A stretch of DNA of 64,000 nt. Source: Hormiphora californensis (lineage: Eukaryota > Animalia > Ctenophora). Below the pieces are notes generated by a model. The model had not been told where the DNA came from, made no database searches, and saw only the letters and a program-made list of their open reading frames with translations. Positions 22,356-34,099 of this stretch are shown in pieces. The first letter of the stretch is position 1. Each line of letters starts with the position of its first letter. The DNA lies in assembly GCA_020137815.1 (NCBI GenBank), contig CM035353.1, forward strand, positions 6,386,001 to 6,450,000. Reading direction: 5' to 3'. Made by a program: the position numbers and the translations under genes.

Positions 22356-23257
22356 TAATACAAGGGCATTTCACAGTTTGGTGCCGTTATTTTTGTCTCT
22401 ATTTTTAATAGGATTTTGGGATTAGACTGAAAGTATGGGATCATTTGAGAAGTAGCGAAGATTTGAAACATGTTAGCAACTTGCCGGTTCGACAAACTAA
22501 ACCCATATGATTCCAACTTCGGGTCGGACGAGGGGAAGCTTGCCTTTTGCGAACATATAAATATAATAGAGAGTGTCATAATACTAACCGTCCGGTTTTC
22601 CGAAAGTTAGGTCTTTAACTGCTTGCTTCCACAGAAACTGTAAAGTAGAATAAACTTTGGAAAATGTAATCCTGGGCAAATCTTTCTCTTCGTGCTTTAA
22701 TTGTGCTTTAAGGAACTTTGTTGCAAGCCTGGAGGTTGTATTGATGGGCACTTTAAGCCATCTCGATAATGCGACCGCTTCGCTTATATCGGACTTGTTA
22801 TACTGCCTTTTGAGCGTCACAGGAGCATCTTGAACAGCGAGTTGTTAATTAAAGGTGCGAATCATTGAGTATTGAATATACAAAACTATTAGGTGCGAAT
22901 CATTGAGTATTGAATATACAAAACTATTAACCAACCTACCTCAGTTCTGTCATCGGAACTCAAGGTTGAAGAACTACTACTTCCAAACACTTCACTGGAA
23001 CAAATTGTTGAAGATGCAACAGTTGATGTCCTCTTGTCCTTGGAGAAAACCTGTGTGAAAACTTAATAAGTGGGGGTTCTTATTTATAAATTTCCTACTA
23101 CCCCCACTACCTCTTCCTCTCCCACGGCCTCTGACTGGGGTGGTGATGATCGGGACCCGCTGATCCTCTTCCTTAACCTCGTCACCCCTCACTAACCAGG
23201 AGTCAGATAAGTTGTATTACCCTTCCAAATTAATTAATGTAACTGTTATATATTAAC

Positions 23258-24981
23258 GTGAGTGACACGTGAGTGACACGTGAGTGACACGTGAATGAAA
23301 CGTGAGTGACACGTGAGAGATCGAATCATATAATATTGAATGAGCACAATATGAATAATGAGCACAAATGTAAACGATTTACATAATGATAAATCTAATA
23401 TTACATAATTAAAATTACTCTATCAGTTCATCTTGGATATAATGGTAACAGGGGTCCTTCTTTGGACAGTTCATAGAGCATTTCACGTGAATCAGCAGCT
23501 CCTTAACACGATGTTTATTCAAATCTAGGATCGGATAAGTACTAAACAGCCGCCTTGCATTATCACTATCAGGATCCACAGTAAAAAACTCTCCAACAGG
23601 TCTGATTTTCGAGAAAGTAGTATAGGAAGGATGTTCCCAGAAATTGCCTGGCTAAAGTTTCTGATCTTTCACACTCTTCCAAAACCTCCCGGTACTCGTT
23701 GAACGTTGTAGTGTTGTTCGTGACGTCGATAACTATTATAGCTAGTGAATCCACTAACAAATTCTAATGAGCGGGATGGATATTTGACAGTGTCACATAT
23801 CCACCCCCTCACTGACACGATTCTGGGATGCGTCATTAGCAGAGTGAAACGATACGAGATACGAAACTTATGATTCGGGGGAGCTCATTAGCAGTGTGAG
23901 ACGATACGGTATATGGAACATGATTCGGGGAAGCTTATTAGGAGTGCTAGACGATATGAGACACGATTCGGAGAATGTTTTATCGCTCTTTCTATCTATC
24001 TCTATTTCTTTTGTCAATTATCTTGAGAACCAGATGAGATACCTACTCATGCTAATGCGAGTAAGCTACACTTTGGTGCCCTTTATTTTTGTCCATACTC
24101 CTTTTCCTTTTTTATCTGGATGTCGGCTCAGCCCCGTTGTTTTTAGGGGGATATGTTGTTGTTTTAGATGGAATGGTTTGAATTTGGTCTGTTTGGCAAG
24201 ACTCGAAAAAAACCCAACGCATTCCATCAAAAACAACATATCCTCCTAAAAACAATGAGGCGAGCCGATAGGCTCTTATTACCAAAAATAAGGGCACTAA
24301 ACTCACCAAGTGTGTAGCGTCAGCTCGCATTATAGTATAATGGTAGGCACCTCATCTGGTTCTCAAGTCCAAGATAATTGACAAAAAGAGATAGAGATAG
24401 ATAAAGATAGAGATAGATAGAAAGAGCGATAAAACATTCTCCGAATCGTGTCTCATATCGTCTAGCACTCCTAATAAGCTTCCCCGAATCATGTTCCATA
24501 TACCGTATCGTCTCACACTGCTAATGAGCTCCCCCGAATCATAAGTTTCGTATCTCGTATCGTTTCACTCTGCTAATGACGCATCCCAGAATCGTGTCAG
24601 TGAGGGGGGTGGATATGTGACACTGTCAAATATCCATCCCGCTCATTAGAATTTGTTAGTGGATTCACTAACAACTAGTGGAGTTACTGTGGATCCTGAT
24701 AGTGATAATGCAAGGCGGCTGTTTAGTACTTATCCGATCCTAGATTTGAATAAACATCGTGTTAAGGAGCTGCTGATTCACGTGAAATGCTCTATGAACT
24801 GTCCAAAGAAGGACCCCTGTTACCATTATATCCAAGATGAACTGATAGAGTAATTTTAATTATGTAATATTAGATTTATCATTATGTAAATCGTTTACAT
24901 TTGTGCTCATTTAATATTACATGATTCGAAAACTCACGTGTCACTCACATGTCACTCACGTGTCACTCACGTGTCACTCAC
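23258..24981. repeat. 1.72-kb imperfect palindrome (foldback) bounded by inverted (GTGAGTGACAC)n arrays
   Basis: Arms pair 23258-23585 with 24673-24981, 23742-24092 with ~24280-24669, and 24122-24175 with 24220-24269. The left arm carries ~160 bp extra (23586-23741). Confidence 0.9.
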
Positions 24982-25206
24982 TCTCACTAGCTTTGGCTCA
25001 TAGAACCTAATCAGATCACATTTCTATGAGCCATAGTTGTATGCATCTATGGCTCATAAAATCTATGAGCCATAGTTGCATGCATCTATGGCTCATAGAT
25101 TTTATGAGCCATAGTTGCATGAGCCATAGTTGTAGGTAATCGTGATTTGTGGGGATTGCGTCCTCAGGAGAACTCGACAGGGCAATGAAATTTTCCTGGA
25201 GTACTG

Positions 25207-25277
25207 TACAATAACAAACACGAGTGTTTTAGAAAACAATTGTTTCACTACCAGTAGCCTGGTAGATCATCAGTTCC
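25207..25277 (-). ncRNA. Type I hammerhead ribozyme motif in the PLE pseudo-LTR
   Basis: GGAA-CUGAUGA-U-CUACCAG(GCUA)CUGGUAG-U-GAAA-CAAU…AUUG-UA. The element ends at the GUA cleavage site and the 3' strand of stem I is missing. Confidence 0.75.
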
Positions 25278-25320
25278 GATAATGAAATATCAACAAACAA
25301 ACAAATCAATCCCTGCTCCT

Positions 25321-26463
25321 TTAGAAACATTTTAATAGCATGAACTTCCGGGTGTGTCTGCATTTTCCCACAACTTCCGAGCGCTTGTTCAGGGGGGTTA
25401 TATCCGTCCTCTTGGAGTTTTCCAGTATTTGTACTTTCTCCGTGGTGCAGAGGTCGCACGATTGTGTGGGTCCATTGGGTGGGTGCCCTCTGTCAATAAC
25501 CTTCCACTGTATAGTGAAGTCTGTGTTGCTGTCCTTCAATTCCCATACATGTTTCGACAGTTCGGTTGACTTCCTCGCATTTTCCCTTCTGAAGCTGCTC
25601 TGGTGTGCATTGTATCTGGTCTTGAATTGATTTTCCGTAAGACCAACGTAGCTGGATGTTCCAGTTTGTGTTGTTACACTGGCCTCGTAGATCACACCTT
25701 TTTGTAGACACTTTTGTTGCAGGGGACATTCAGCTGTTCTTCTACAGTTGCAGGACCGCTCTGTGTTGGCTGGCACTCCACTGCTTTTCAATACCCGTTT
25801 GTTGTGGGCCTTGATGATCTGGCTCATATTGGGCAGGGTGCTAAAGCTGACTTTAACGGTTCTTCTGTTAAATAGCTTGCGGAGAGGGTGGCCTATGTAG
25901 AAGTGTGAGTCCAGTAGTTGGAGGAATCTCTTGCCGATGTTTGTTTTGGTTAACTGTGAATATGGCGGGGTAAACCAGATCACGTTCCTCTTCCTCCTCC
26001 TCTTCTTCCTCTTATTTGTGCCGGGCTCTGTGTAATTGAGGAGTCCTTCGAAGTTGCTTCTTTTCAATGCCTCCTCGTATGGTCCCTTAGCCTCCATGAA
26101 CTTCTCTCGGTCGGATGAGAGTTCTGAAATCCTCCTCTCTATCATCTTCGGCAGGTTCTTCTTGATTGACACTGGGTGGTTGGACCTTTTGTCAACATAG
26201 AGTATGGTATTGTCTTTTTTGACGTAAGGTTTGTGTGTTTCCGAAGTGATGTCGAGGGTGACGTCTAGGAAGTCCGTTTCCTTGGAAGGGATGCTCACTG
26301 TGATTTTCAGGCCTTCTTGTTTGAACAATTTTATGAGCTTTTTCTTGATGTTCTCGATCTTTGGGCCGTTTTGTTCTTCAATTATTGCAAGCCCATCATC
26401 TCTGTAGAGACCTAAAGATCCAGCGGGAAGGAGTGAGGAGGACCGTATTCGATGGAGTAGATA
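25321..26463 (-). pseudogene. C-terminal part of PLE reverse transcriptase / GIY-YIG endonuclease ORF (uninterrupted, 5'-truncated)
   Basis: GLYRDDGL, FLDVTLD, SNHP, IWFTPPYS, CNCRRTAECPLQQKC, GVIYEA…YVGLT…FKTRYNAH, CDLCTTEK…LNKRSE…CRH. The first ~37 aa of the listed 417-aa ORF come from the inverted pLTR. Confidence 0.92.
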
Positions 26464-26650
26464 CAATCGTGCGACCTCTGCACCACGGAGAAAGTACAAA
26501 TACTGGAAAACTCCAAGAGGACGGATATAACCCCCCTGAACAAGCGCTCGGAAGTTGTGGGAAAATGCAGACACACCCGGAAGTTCATGCTATTAAAATG
26601 TTTCTAAAGGAGCAGGGATTGATTTGTTTGTTTGTTGATATTTCATTATC

Positions 26651-26721
26651 GGAACTGATGATCTACCAGGCTACTGGTAGTGAAACAATTGTTTTCTAAA
26701 ACACTCGTGTTTGTTATTGTA
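26651..26721 (+). ncRNA. Type I hammerhead ribozyme motif in the inverted pseudo-LTR
   Basis: CTGATGA 26655-26661, stem II 26663-26680, GAAA 26682-26685, stem III CAAT/ATTG, GTA ending at 26721. Confidence 0.75.
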
Positions 26722-28269
26722 ATGTAACTGTTATATATTAACAAATGTAAGTAATATGAGATGGGGAGGAAGAAAGCTGTTGGCGCTCACTTCCATTTCC
26801 CACTCATGACCTTGGCATTGAAATTGTTCATATCTAGCTGGTGGTAGTTCAGTACTATGTATACGTAGTCGTGGAGTGTCAGGTCTGGAGTGTCAGGTTA
26901 ATAAATTCCAACAGATTTAATTTCCCCCTTCTACCGCGGCTCTGCAATGACAATAATGGAGAGATCTTGTCCGTTATGAGTTTCCACGCTGCCGCACTCT
27001 TGGCAGTCACCACGCCTGTCACTGAAGCGTGTTTTTTTATTTTCTCATTATATAATAAATATTGACGCTAATTGTCATTTTTAATTCAGCCAATAATGAA
27101 CAATTTATTCATTATTGTTTTATAGGTGGTACCTTTAATTACTTACATTCTATCTTGGTGTATCCTGTAGAACTGCCAAGTGAACTCCTCAAAATCACAT
27201 ATTATATATATATATATATATATATATCCCGAGTGTTCCTTGGTAGGCATTCATGTCTTTGTCATGTAGAGCTATCATTTCGTGGTGGAATAAGATACCT
27301 CCTGTTATCAGCATATCGGTCCTGGTTGGGAGAGGGTAGTAGTTTTTTTTGGGGGTGTTGGCATGGGGGGAGGGGGGATATATAGACTCTTGATACGGTA
27401 CAGGCCACAGGGCCGCATCAAGGGCTTGCTAAAGGGGTCTGAATGCGGCTGGGGGAAGATTCCTTCCTGGTCGAACCTGTCCATCCTGAGGTCCCACCAC
27501 CTTTATTAAATTATTTCATTTTCAGGATCGCCCTGCAAGCCCGTTCATTCTTATATTCTAAAGAAATGTGTCATTATATATTATGAATTCAACAAAGGTT
27601 GATTGTACCAACCGAAGTTGTGTGTGAGTTGACCGTACTCACTGGACCATCAGCCAGCAGGTCCACGGCAACGGGACTAAGCCCCGATCCCCCAACATAC
27701 AGATGGGATATCAGGGCTCAGCTGGCACGAAGAGCTCATTTCTGAGCTCCCCCCGTTGACTACAGTACCACCACATGGAAGTGCAGTTCAGCAAATAGCA
27801 CATACAAATAGGTGAAGGTGGTGGTGGTTTATACAAGTGGCAGACTGCAATGAAAGATGTTTTAAAAGAAAGATTGGATTTAAAATATTCAATCACTCAG
27901 ACACTCCCCCGTCTGCACATCAGTTGGGGCGGCTTCACTCTTCAGTCTGTACTCTGTACCACGGTACTGACAGCTGTTGGTGTTCTTGCCACTGCCAGTG
28001 AGCACATCTTTCATGGAATACCACGGTCCACGAGTATGTAATTACATCAAAATCACACGCAAGATTGTTACTTTTAGAATGGGGGAGAGAAATTTTAACG
28101 CCCGCTGGTGTGTGCACTGTGCGGGTTTAAAATCAAAATTTTAATTTTAACTTTGGTGTGCGGTGACCCTTACGTGATCTGGAATTATAGACTCTGATTT
28201 TCTTTATTTTCTTAATAATTAAGGTACACGGCAATAATCTCTATAATATGCCAGGTGTCATAGTGGTGT

Positions 28270-29140
28270 GGAAGCTTTTCACTAGAACCTCCCCATCTCC
28301 CTTACTATTGCTACAACACCTCCAAAAATGGTTCACAATGCCATCGATCCAAGGTGTGGCATGCTTGATTCCAATCAGCTTTTTCATGATGTTTCGGGCC
28401 ATATGCCAGGTGTCATAGTGGTGTTTAATAGTAGGGAACTCCTCCTTCACAACCCTGGCAACACTGGTGTCTCTGTCAGTCACAAAGTCTGTGACTGTGA
28501 GTCCCGTTTTTAGCACCATTTTCAGACATGCTGAGCCTCTAGATTGCCGTCCCCACAATCAGTTGCCTTCCGGGGTACTAGAATGAACGTCTCTAATATC
28601 TGGTTGTCAGGTCCTATGATAGTGTAGGTGCAGTAGTATGCACTTTTACCGGGGGAGTCGTACTGTCCGTCAGCTATTATTCTGATCCCCTCCGGTTACA
28701 CTCGACTAACTCCATGTTGTGTAGGTTGTTTTATCGTTTGTCAAGGCACATATTAATTATTAACTTATTGTAGTCTTATATAGTCTTCATCAGTGAAGTA
28801 AATGCTGTGTATCCCAGTATGTAGGATAGCAGATGTGGTTTCATATGTATGGCCCACCTGTGGTGAACTTTTTCAAGAAAACGGTAATAATCTCTATAAT
28901 ATATTCATTGCTATTTAACCGATACCTGGATTTTAATGTTGTTGCTATTGTCACTTAACAACAATTATTATCCCGGATAGAGTACCACTTCCTGTATCCA
29001 TCCACATCATTTCTATATTCGTTACTCGGATAGTGTGCACTCTCCCCTGGTCTTTTGCTAGTGCTCTCCTCGGTTTCATTCCGAAGAATCCCAGGATGAA
29101 CTTGTATAACATTGCCTGCCTAGAAACAAGTCGACCAATG
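28270..29140 (-). pseudogene. Decayed Kolobok-type DDE transposase
   Basis: IIADGQYDSPGKSAYYCTYTII (~28615-28685), then after a frameshift FVTDRDTSVARVVKEEFPTIKHHYDTWHMARNIMKKL…WIDGIVNHFWRCC. These match the DG-x-x-DSPG…TDR…DxWH…NHxW signature. Confidence 0.7.
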
Positions 29141-30885
29141 TTAGTTTCCTAATGTAATTGTCCACCCTTGTAATGATTTGTGTACACGCACGCACATAAA
29201 TATATAATAGGTATATATAATATCCTCACGGCTCACTGAAACCGGGGGCCTAGTTAGCTCCCCTTCAATCCATTGCATCACGTTGTAGAGAGATTCGGGT
29301 TGCGGTCCTTCGAATTATATACGAATGCACGAACCGACTACTTCCAACTCAGGGCACCTATTATAGTCTTCATCAGTGAAGTAAATGCTGCGTATTCTAG
29401 TAAGTAGGATAGCAGATGTGGTCCGGGGGTGGCGACTGGCGCACCTGTGGCTCCACATAATGCAGTGATAATGTAATATAAAACTAGTTTTAAATCATAT
29501 TGTGTAACAGGCGGTGTACGATCTGGGTCATTGATCAAATCTTCGAACACACGCAGGACGCAGGTAATACAAGCCGTTCACAAAGTAGTCCTTGGCAATA
29601 GCCGAGTCTTGTTGAACAAACTTCATTGTTTTCTCTTCTTTGATAGTTCTCAGTACTTTTGGATCATGAGGATCTTTGCCATAATTCTCCTTGCCTCGTA
29701 AAATAAAGTCCGCTCTTCTCTTTTCCTAGACCAGGAATCGCCCAATGTCATACTTAGTCTTTACGATGTCAGGTGCCCTCTCCAGTGCATTTTTGAACAC
29801 CAACTGAATAATGTGGGTCCCAAGTTGTGCAGGCCAAGTACTCATCAAACTCACTCTCCTCCACTCCAGCCGCTCTAAGGATTCCTGCCGTGAGCTGAAA
29901 TAAAGATAACTAATTTTTGTTTGTAATGAATTGTAACTAGATTATAAAAAGTTAAAGACTCAGGAGTGTGGACTGTGGACAGAGGACCGTGTCCGGTGGC
30001 ACGTGTAATAAACCACCTCCTTGACAAGCTGGCCATCATAGCATCGTCCTTTGAAATGTTCCAGGAATTCACACAGAGATTCTTATCCGTTAATATACGA
30101 AATATACCTCTGTAAGTTACTGAAAATTACGTTGCCGTCGCCGACGTAAAGTAAGGTGGAGATCAACCTTACTTCACGTCGGCGACTCAATAGAGTCTGT
30201 CCTCAGGTCAATGATAGGATAGAAGAATATCTTATGCTTGTATTTGGAGAGAAAACATATTGAGGAAGTGAAGTGAGGGAGGTAGTGACGGGAGACTGAA
30301 AAACTCGGAATTTATTGTAAATTATTGTAAACTGTAATTATTGTAAAAACTAGAACTGCTGAAAAAGATGATACAAGTTATATAATAAAGGATATACTAT
30401 GGCTCATACTAGTGATGCGTACAAAGCGACATCAAATTGTCAAAGATAAACCTCGTCAACACAACATGAAGAAACTAACTCGGTACAGAAAGTAGCACAT
30501 AACAGTCAAAGATGGACAAAAGATGACCAAAATGGAAATTGAAAAAAAAGTAAATGAAATGAAGATTGAAGATGCGATTCAAATGAAAGAAAAATGTCTG
30601 ATAAACTTGACAATGATTATCTACTACAGTCTTAGAAGAAGTAAATCGGTGTTCATAAAATGGCAGGCCCTCATTTCAGTATAATACGTTCTCCAATGAT
30701 AGATCCCGGGTCTATTGTCGTCAGTTTGTTCGTATGAAATATTGTAAAATATTACATATTTTGTACATATTTATAAAAAATGTTATAAAATTTTTCAACT
30801 TGTATTTATAGAATCAAATGTCAATTTAATAATCATTAGACATGTGGTGGTGGCTTAATGAAATGTTACATCAACCCCACGTCAC

Positions 30886-30990
30886 CAAATTTGCAATAGC
30901 TTCTTTTAGAGAACTGGTGTCCAAGTTATTGTAGTACATCAGATAGTCCTTCATGGAACAGGAATTGTTTTGAAAAATATTCCTCAGTTC
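30886..30990 (-). pseudogene. Short fragment resembling Polinton/Maverick protein-primed DNA polymerase B
   Basis: FQNNSCSMKDYLMYYNNLDTSSLKEA resembles the D(Y/F)LxxYNxxD exonuclease III motif. Short match only. Confidence 0.4.
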
Positions 30991-31309
30991 ACTGTATCTA
31001 AAATGTCCAACAAGTTCCTCAGCTGTCATTGTCGAATCTTTGGTCGTTGATCGCCCCAAAGCTGTTTCCACTTCACCAGTTATTACTATTAATATTATAT
31101 TATATTCTCCAGACCCGGTCCGGGCCCGGGTGGGACAATTTGATGTGTGTAGTGCCCCACTTACATTTTTCCTGCTTAGTGTTTGTCCACATACGCTGCA
31201 CATTACGGTATCCTTCATGCTACTTTTTCCTTTCATAATCATTAAGGATTTACTGAATTCGACCGTATCTTTGCCCTGTAACACGCAAATACTGTAAAGA
31301 AAGTTATTT

Positions 31310-31560
31310 TCACGTGTATCCTTTGGTATTCCCAACCAAGACGTTTAATTGGTCACCATCCCAGACTCGACTTTGCGCCACGTAGAGCTGGCCATGAGAA
31401 AAGAATGGTTCTTCACAAAATATTCCATGACCTAGACCTATCATCCCAAACAAATTGTTCCGGGAAATCGGGGTACATATATACAGAATTGATCTTGCCG
31501 ATTCATCATCACGATTCTTAGCGAAAAAAAGCTGTCAGTTTAGTGTCCCTTGCAGTTTCA
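31310..31560 (-). pseudogene. Helitron RepHel remnant (internally deleted)
   Basis: FFAKNRDDESARSILYMYPDFPEQFVWD and FSHGQLYVAQSRV…VLVGNTKGYT (PIF1 helicase motif VI); nucleotide-similar to 43460-43560. Confidence 0.7.
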
Positions 31561-34099
31561 AGTGCCGCTTGAGCAGCACCTTCGCCCTCTCTCTTATAAC
31601 TTTTTTAATAACCTTTTTAATAACCTCGGGCAACGTTCCAGCTGGTTGACATCTCGATACCAATGACTGATAGAGAAATTTTGTCTCGAACTACAGTCAT
31701 TACTGTGTTCTTTACAGGCTTGATGGCTGGGACCACTAAGAAGTCTCTCAGTCGTGTGATGGTTGGTTACTTACATAGGCAGCATCTCTTCTCATGTTGT
31801 ATGTTTATAGAATTTATTTTCTAACTCCCTTGTAAAACTGGTCACTGGTCAGCATTTGTCCAGTTTGGCTATTTTCCGAGATCTCGTACGCTGTTAAGTC
31901 CCGGCCCTGGTTTCTATTACCAATAACTCTGTGTGGAACACCATGCCCCTTTCATTTCCTGGCACTTGATGGAGGGCAGCGGGGATTTACATATCTAATT
32001 ATATCAGGAACTACAAGATGTTTATACTTATTGCTTTAGCTGTCAGCTGAAGACTGACCTAACCAAACTGTCAAATTCAGAAGTCTACTGAGAGATGGAG
32101 CGCGAGATATATACCACCCCTCCCCCAAAGTGAATACTGAATAAGAACTCACAAGTTTATTATACAAATTCGCATTTCAGTTAAAATCAAGGTAAGTATT
32201 TATTACTTAATAAAAATTAAAATAAGTTTAGGTGATTAGCTTTCGTAGAGTGGTCTTTATTTTTCAATAAGGAGCCATCCGATCTTCAGGGTTGAGCTCA
32301 AAGAAGTTTATCTGGTCCCCTGGAACACCATGCCTCGATGTTTCAGGAGTTTGTCCTTGGATGTTGGTCGAGGACAGCCTTGTACACATTCTACATCTTT
32401 AATGTTGGCTCGGGTCGAGGGACGAGGGAATACCTGGGGTTCTTTCTCTCTTGGCTAAAAATGAAATGTCAAGTTTCGTGGCCGATATATTATATTAATA
32501 TATGTAGAATAATATGTAGAATCGATAAAGTTGACACGAAACGCTTTGTAAAATTTATTTTCCTAACTGTCGCTATCTCACTCAAATCAAAACCGAAAGA
32601 TTGATAAATCTCTCGCCCTACGTCCATACTATAACACCATCTGCACGGTGCAGATGACAAAATACTCCCGGTATGCCTCTCCAACAACCTTGAACGCACA
32701 GTTAATGAATCGCGGGGGAAGTCTTTGCTGTGGTTCGATGTTCCCACTTTCCCACCACACTTCCTCACGAGAGCCACTTCACTCTCGTAGTCCCTGGGAA
32801 ATGGACAGTTATTGCCTATTGGGATATGAAAATTGAAATTGAAGTAGACACGACACCGAACACTCAAATCTATAGTGTATAGAGCATACCTGAATGATCC
32901 ACCTTTCGATATGTTATCATATGCGATGAGGGACAGGTTTTCCATTGCGCTCCCGGTGTAGTTAGCTTTCCCCATAGCCGTGAGGTTGGCTAAGTGAACC
33001 TTCGTCACCACATGAGCCTTGATATTGTGGAGTTTTTGGAAAACTGGGGCGATTTGGTTCGGGCAGGTGTCTCGACGGCCTGGTGTTAGGGGTAGCCAGG
33101 GCCTTTATTACAAATGTAACACCTGACTCTCCCCTCCAGCTCTCCCACTGAGATCGGCTGAAATTTGAAAATGTTAAATGATCGAGTCCAGAGATGAGAG
33201 AAACATGTACAAACCAGGTAATTAATAAATGGAAATCTCTCATTTGCTCCACAATGGCGTTAATATCAGTGCATTGGAGAACCGGGTCCGTGTCACTCCT
33301 AGTCCTCCCTTTTCTGGCCGGCACTGTCTCCGTGGTACTGTCTCCGTGATACTGCTGCAGCATCTAGTCCCCTCTCTGCAAGTTTCCTCATGAGATGATC
33401 AGCAACTCTTTCGCCAGATTTGTCTTGAAGGAGAGGTTTAGGGATTTATAAATAATAAATCTCGTAGAAAAATAAAACTCAGGGGGACGGGAAAAAAACT
33501 GCAGCAGGCAAGCAAAACTCACAAATATAAAACACGTATAAGAAATGGGAGAGTTCGTGAAGGTGCCAGCAACCCTGGACTTTCTGGGAACTGGTGGTGG
33601 GGTTGAGTATGCTCAACTAGTGTTTGGTGGGTAACAAAGTTGGATTGGATTGCCGAGATGGAATCCATATCCTAGCGGTCTGTTGAGGGTACTCAACGTT
33701 TCAGGGAGTCATGAAGACTCGGTGGGGCCGAGTAAGCTCACGCTGCTCAGAACTCAACGAAGGTGGATGGTCTTTAATGTGATTGGGATCCATATCCTAA
33801 CGGTTGGTTGAGAATGCTCAACGTTTCAAAGGATATATAGAAATTGGATAGGATTGCCGTAATGGAATCCATATCCTAACGGGATGTTGAGAATACTCAG
33901 CGAATCAGTGGGTATCCAAGACTCAGTGGGGTTGAGTAAGCTCACGCTGATCGGCGAGAGTGGATGGTGTTATGTGATTGGGATCCATATCCTAGCGGTT
34001 GGTTGAGAATGCTCAACGATTCAAAGGATAAATAGAAAATGGATAGGATTGCCGTAATGGAATCCATATCCTAACGATGTGTTGAGAGTAATCAACGTT

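Larger units (their letters stand above)
17461..22830 (-). pseudogene. Fragmented hAT (hATm-like) transposase interrupted by younger insertions
   Basis: LPCHTQAVERHIRLATRAC at ~17520-17575 (PCHTQAVER motif). NAF…HGEKCLI at ~17770-17808 is frameshifted. N-terminal-like exon EAVALSRWLKVP…ITFSKV…G*YYD at 22570-22830. Stops and frameshifts present. Confidence 0.55.
25207..26721 (-). mobile_element. 5'-truncated Penelope-like retroelement (GIY-YIG, Naiad-type) with inverted pseudo-LTR
   Basis: The 259-bp 3' end (25207-25465) is repeated in inverted orientation at 26463-26721; RT and GIY-YIG coding sequence lies between. Confidence 0.92.

Noticed and set aside
25321-26574. Intact 417-aa gene
   Set aside because: The N-terminal ~37 aa are the antisense reading of the inverted pLTR, and the RT motifs upstream of YRDD are missing.
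27230-27560. KolX accessory gene convergent with the Kolobok transposase (CLCH…AYRSWLG)
   Set aside because: Match is too short and degraded to support without a profile search.
32490-33363. 173-aa and 133-aa ORFs as genes
   Set aside because: No recognisable motifs or consistent splice model; left unannotated.
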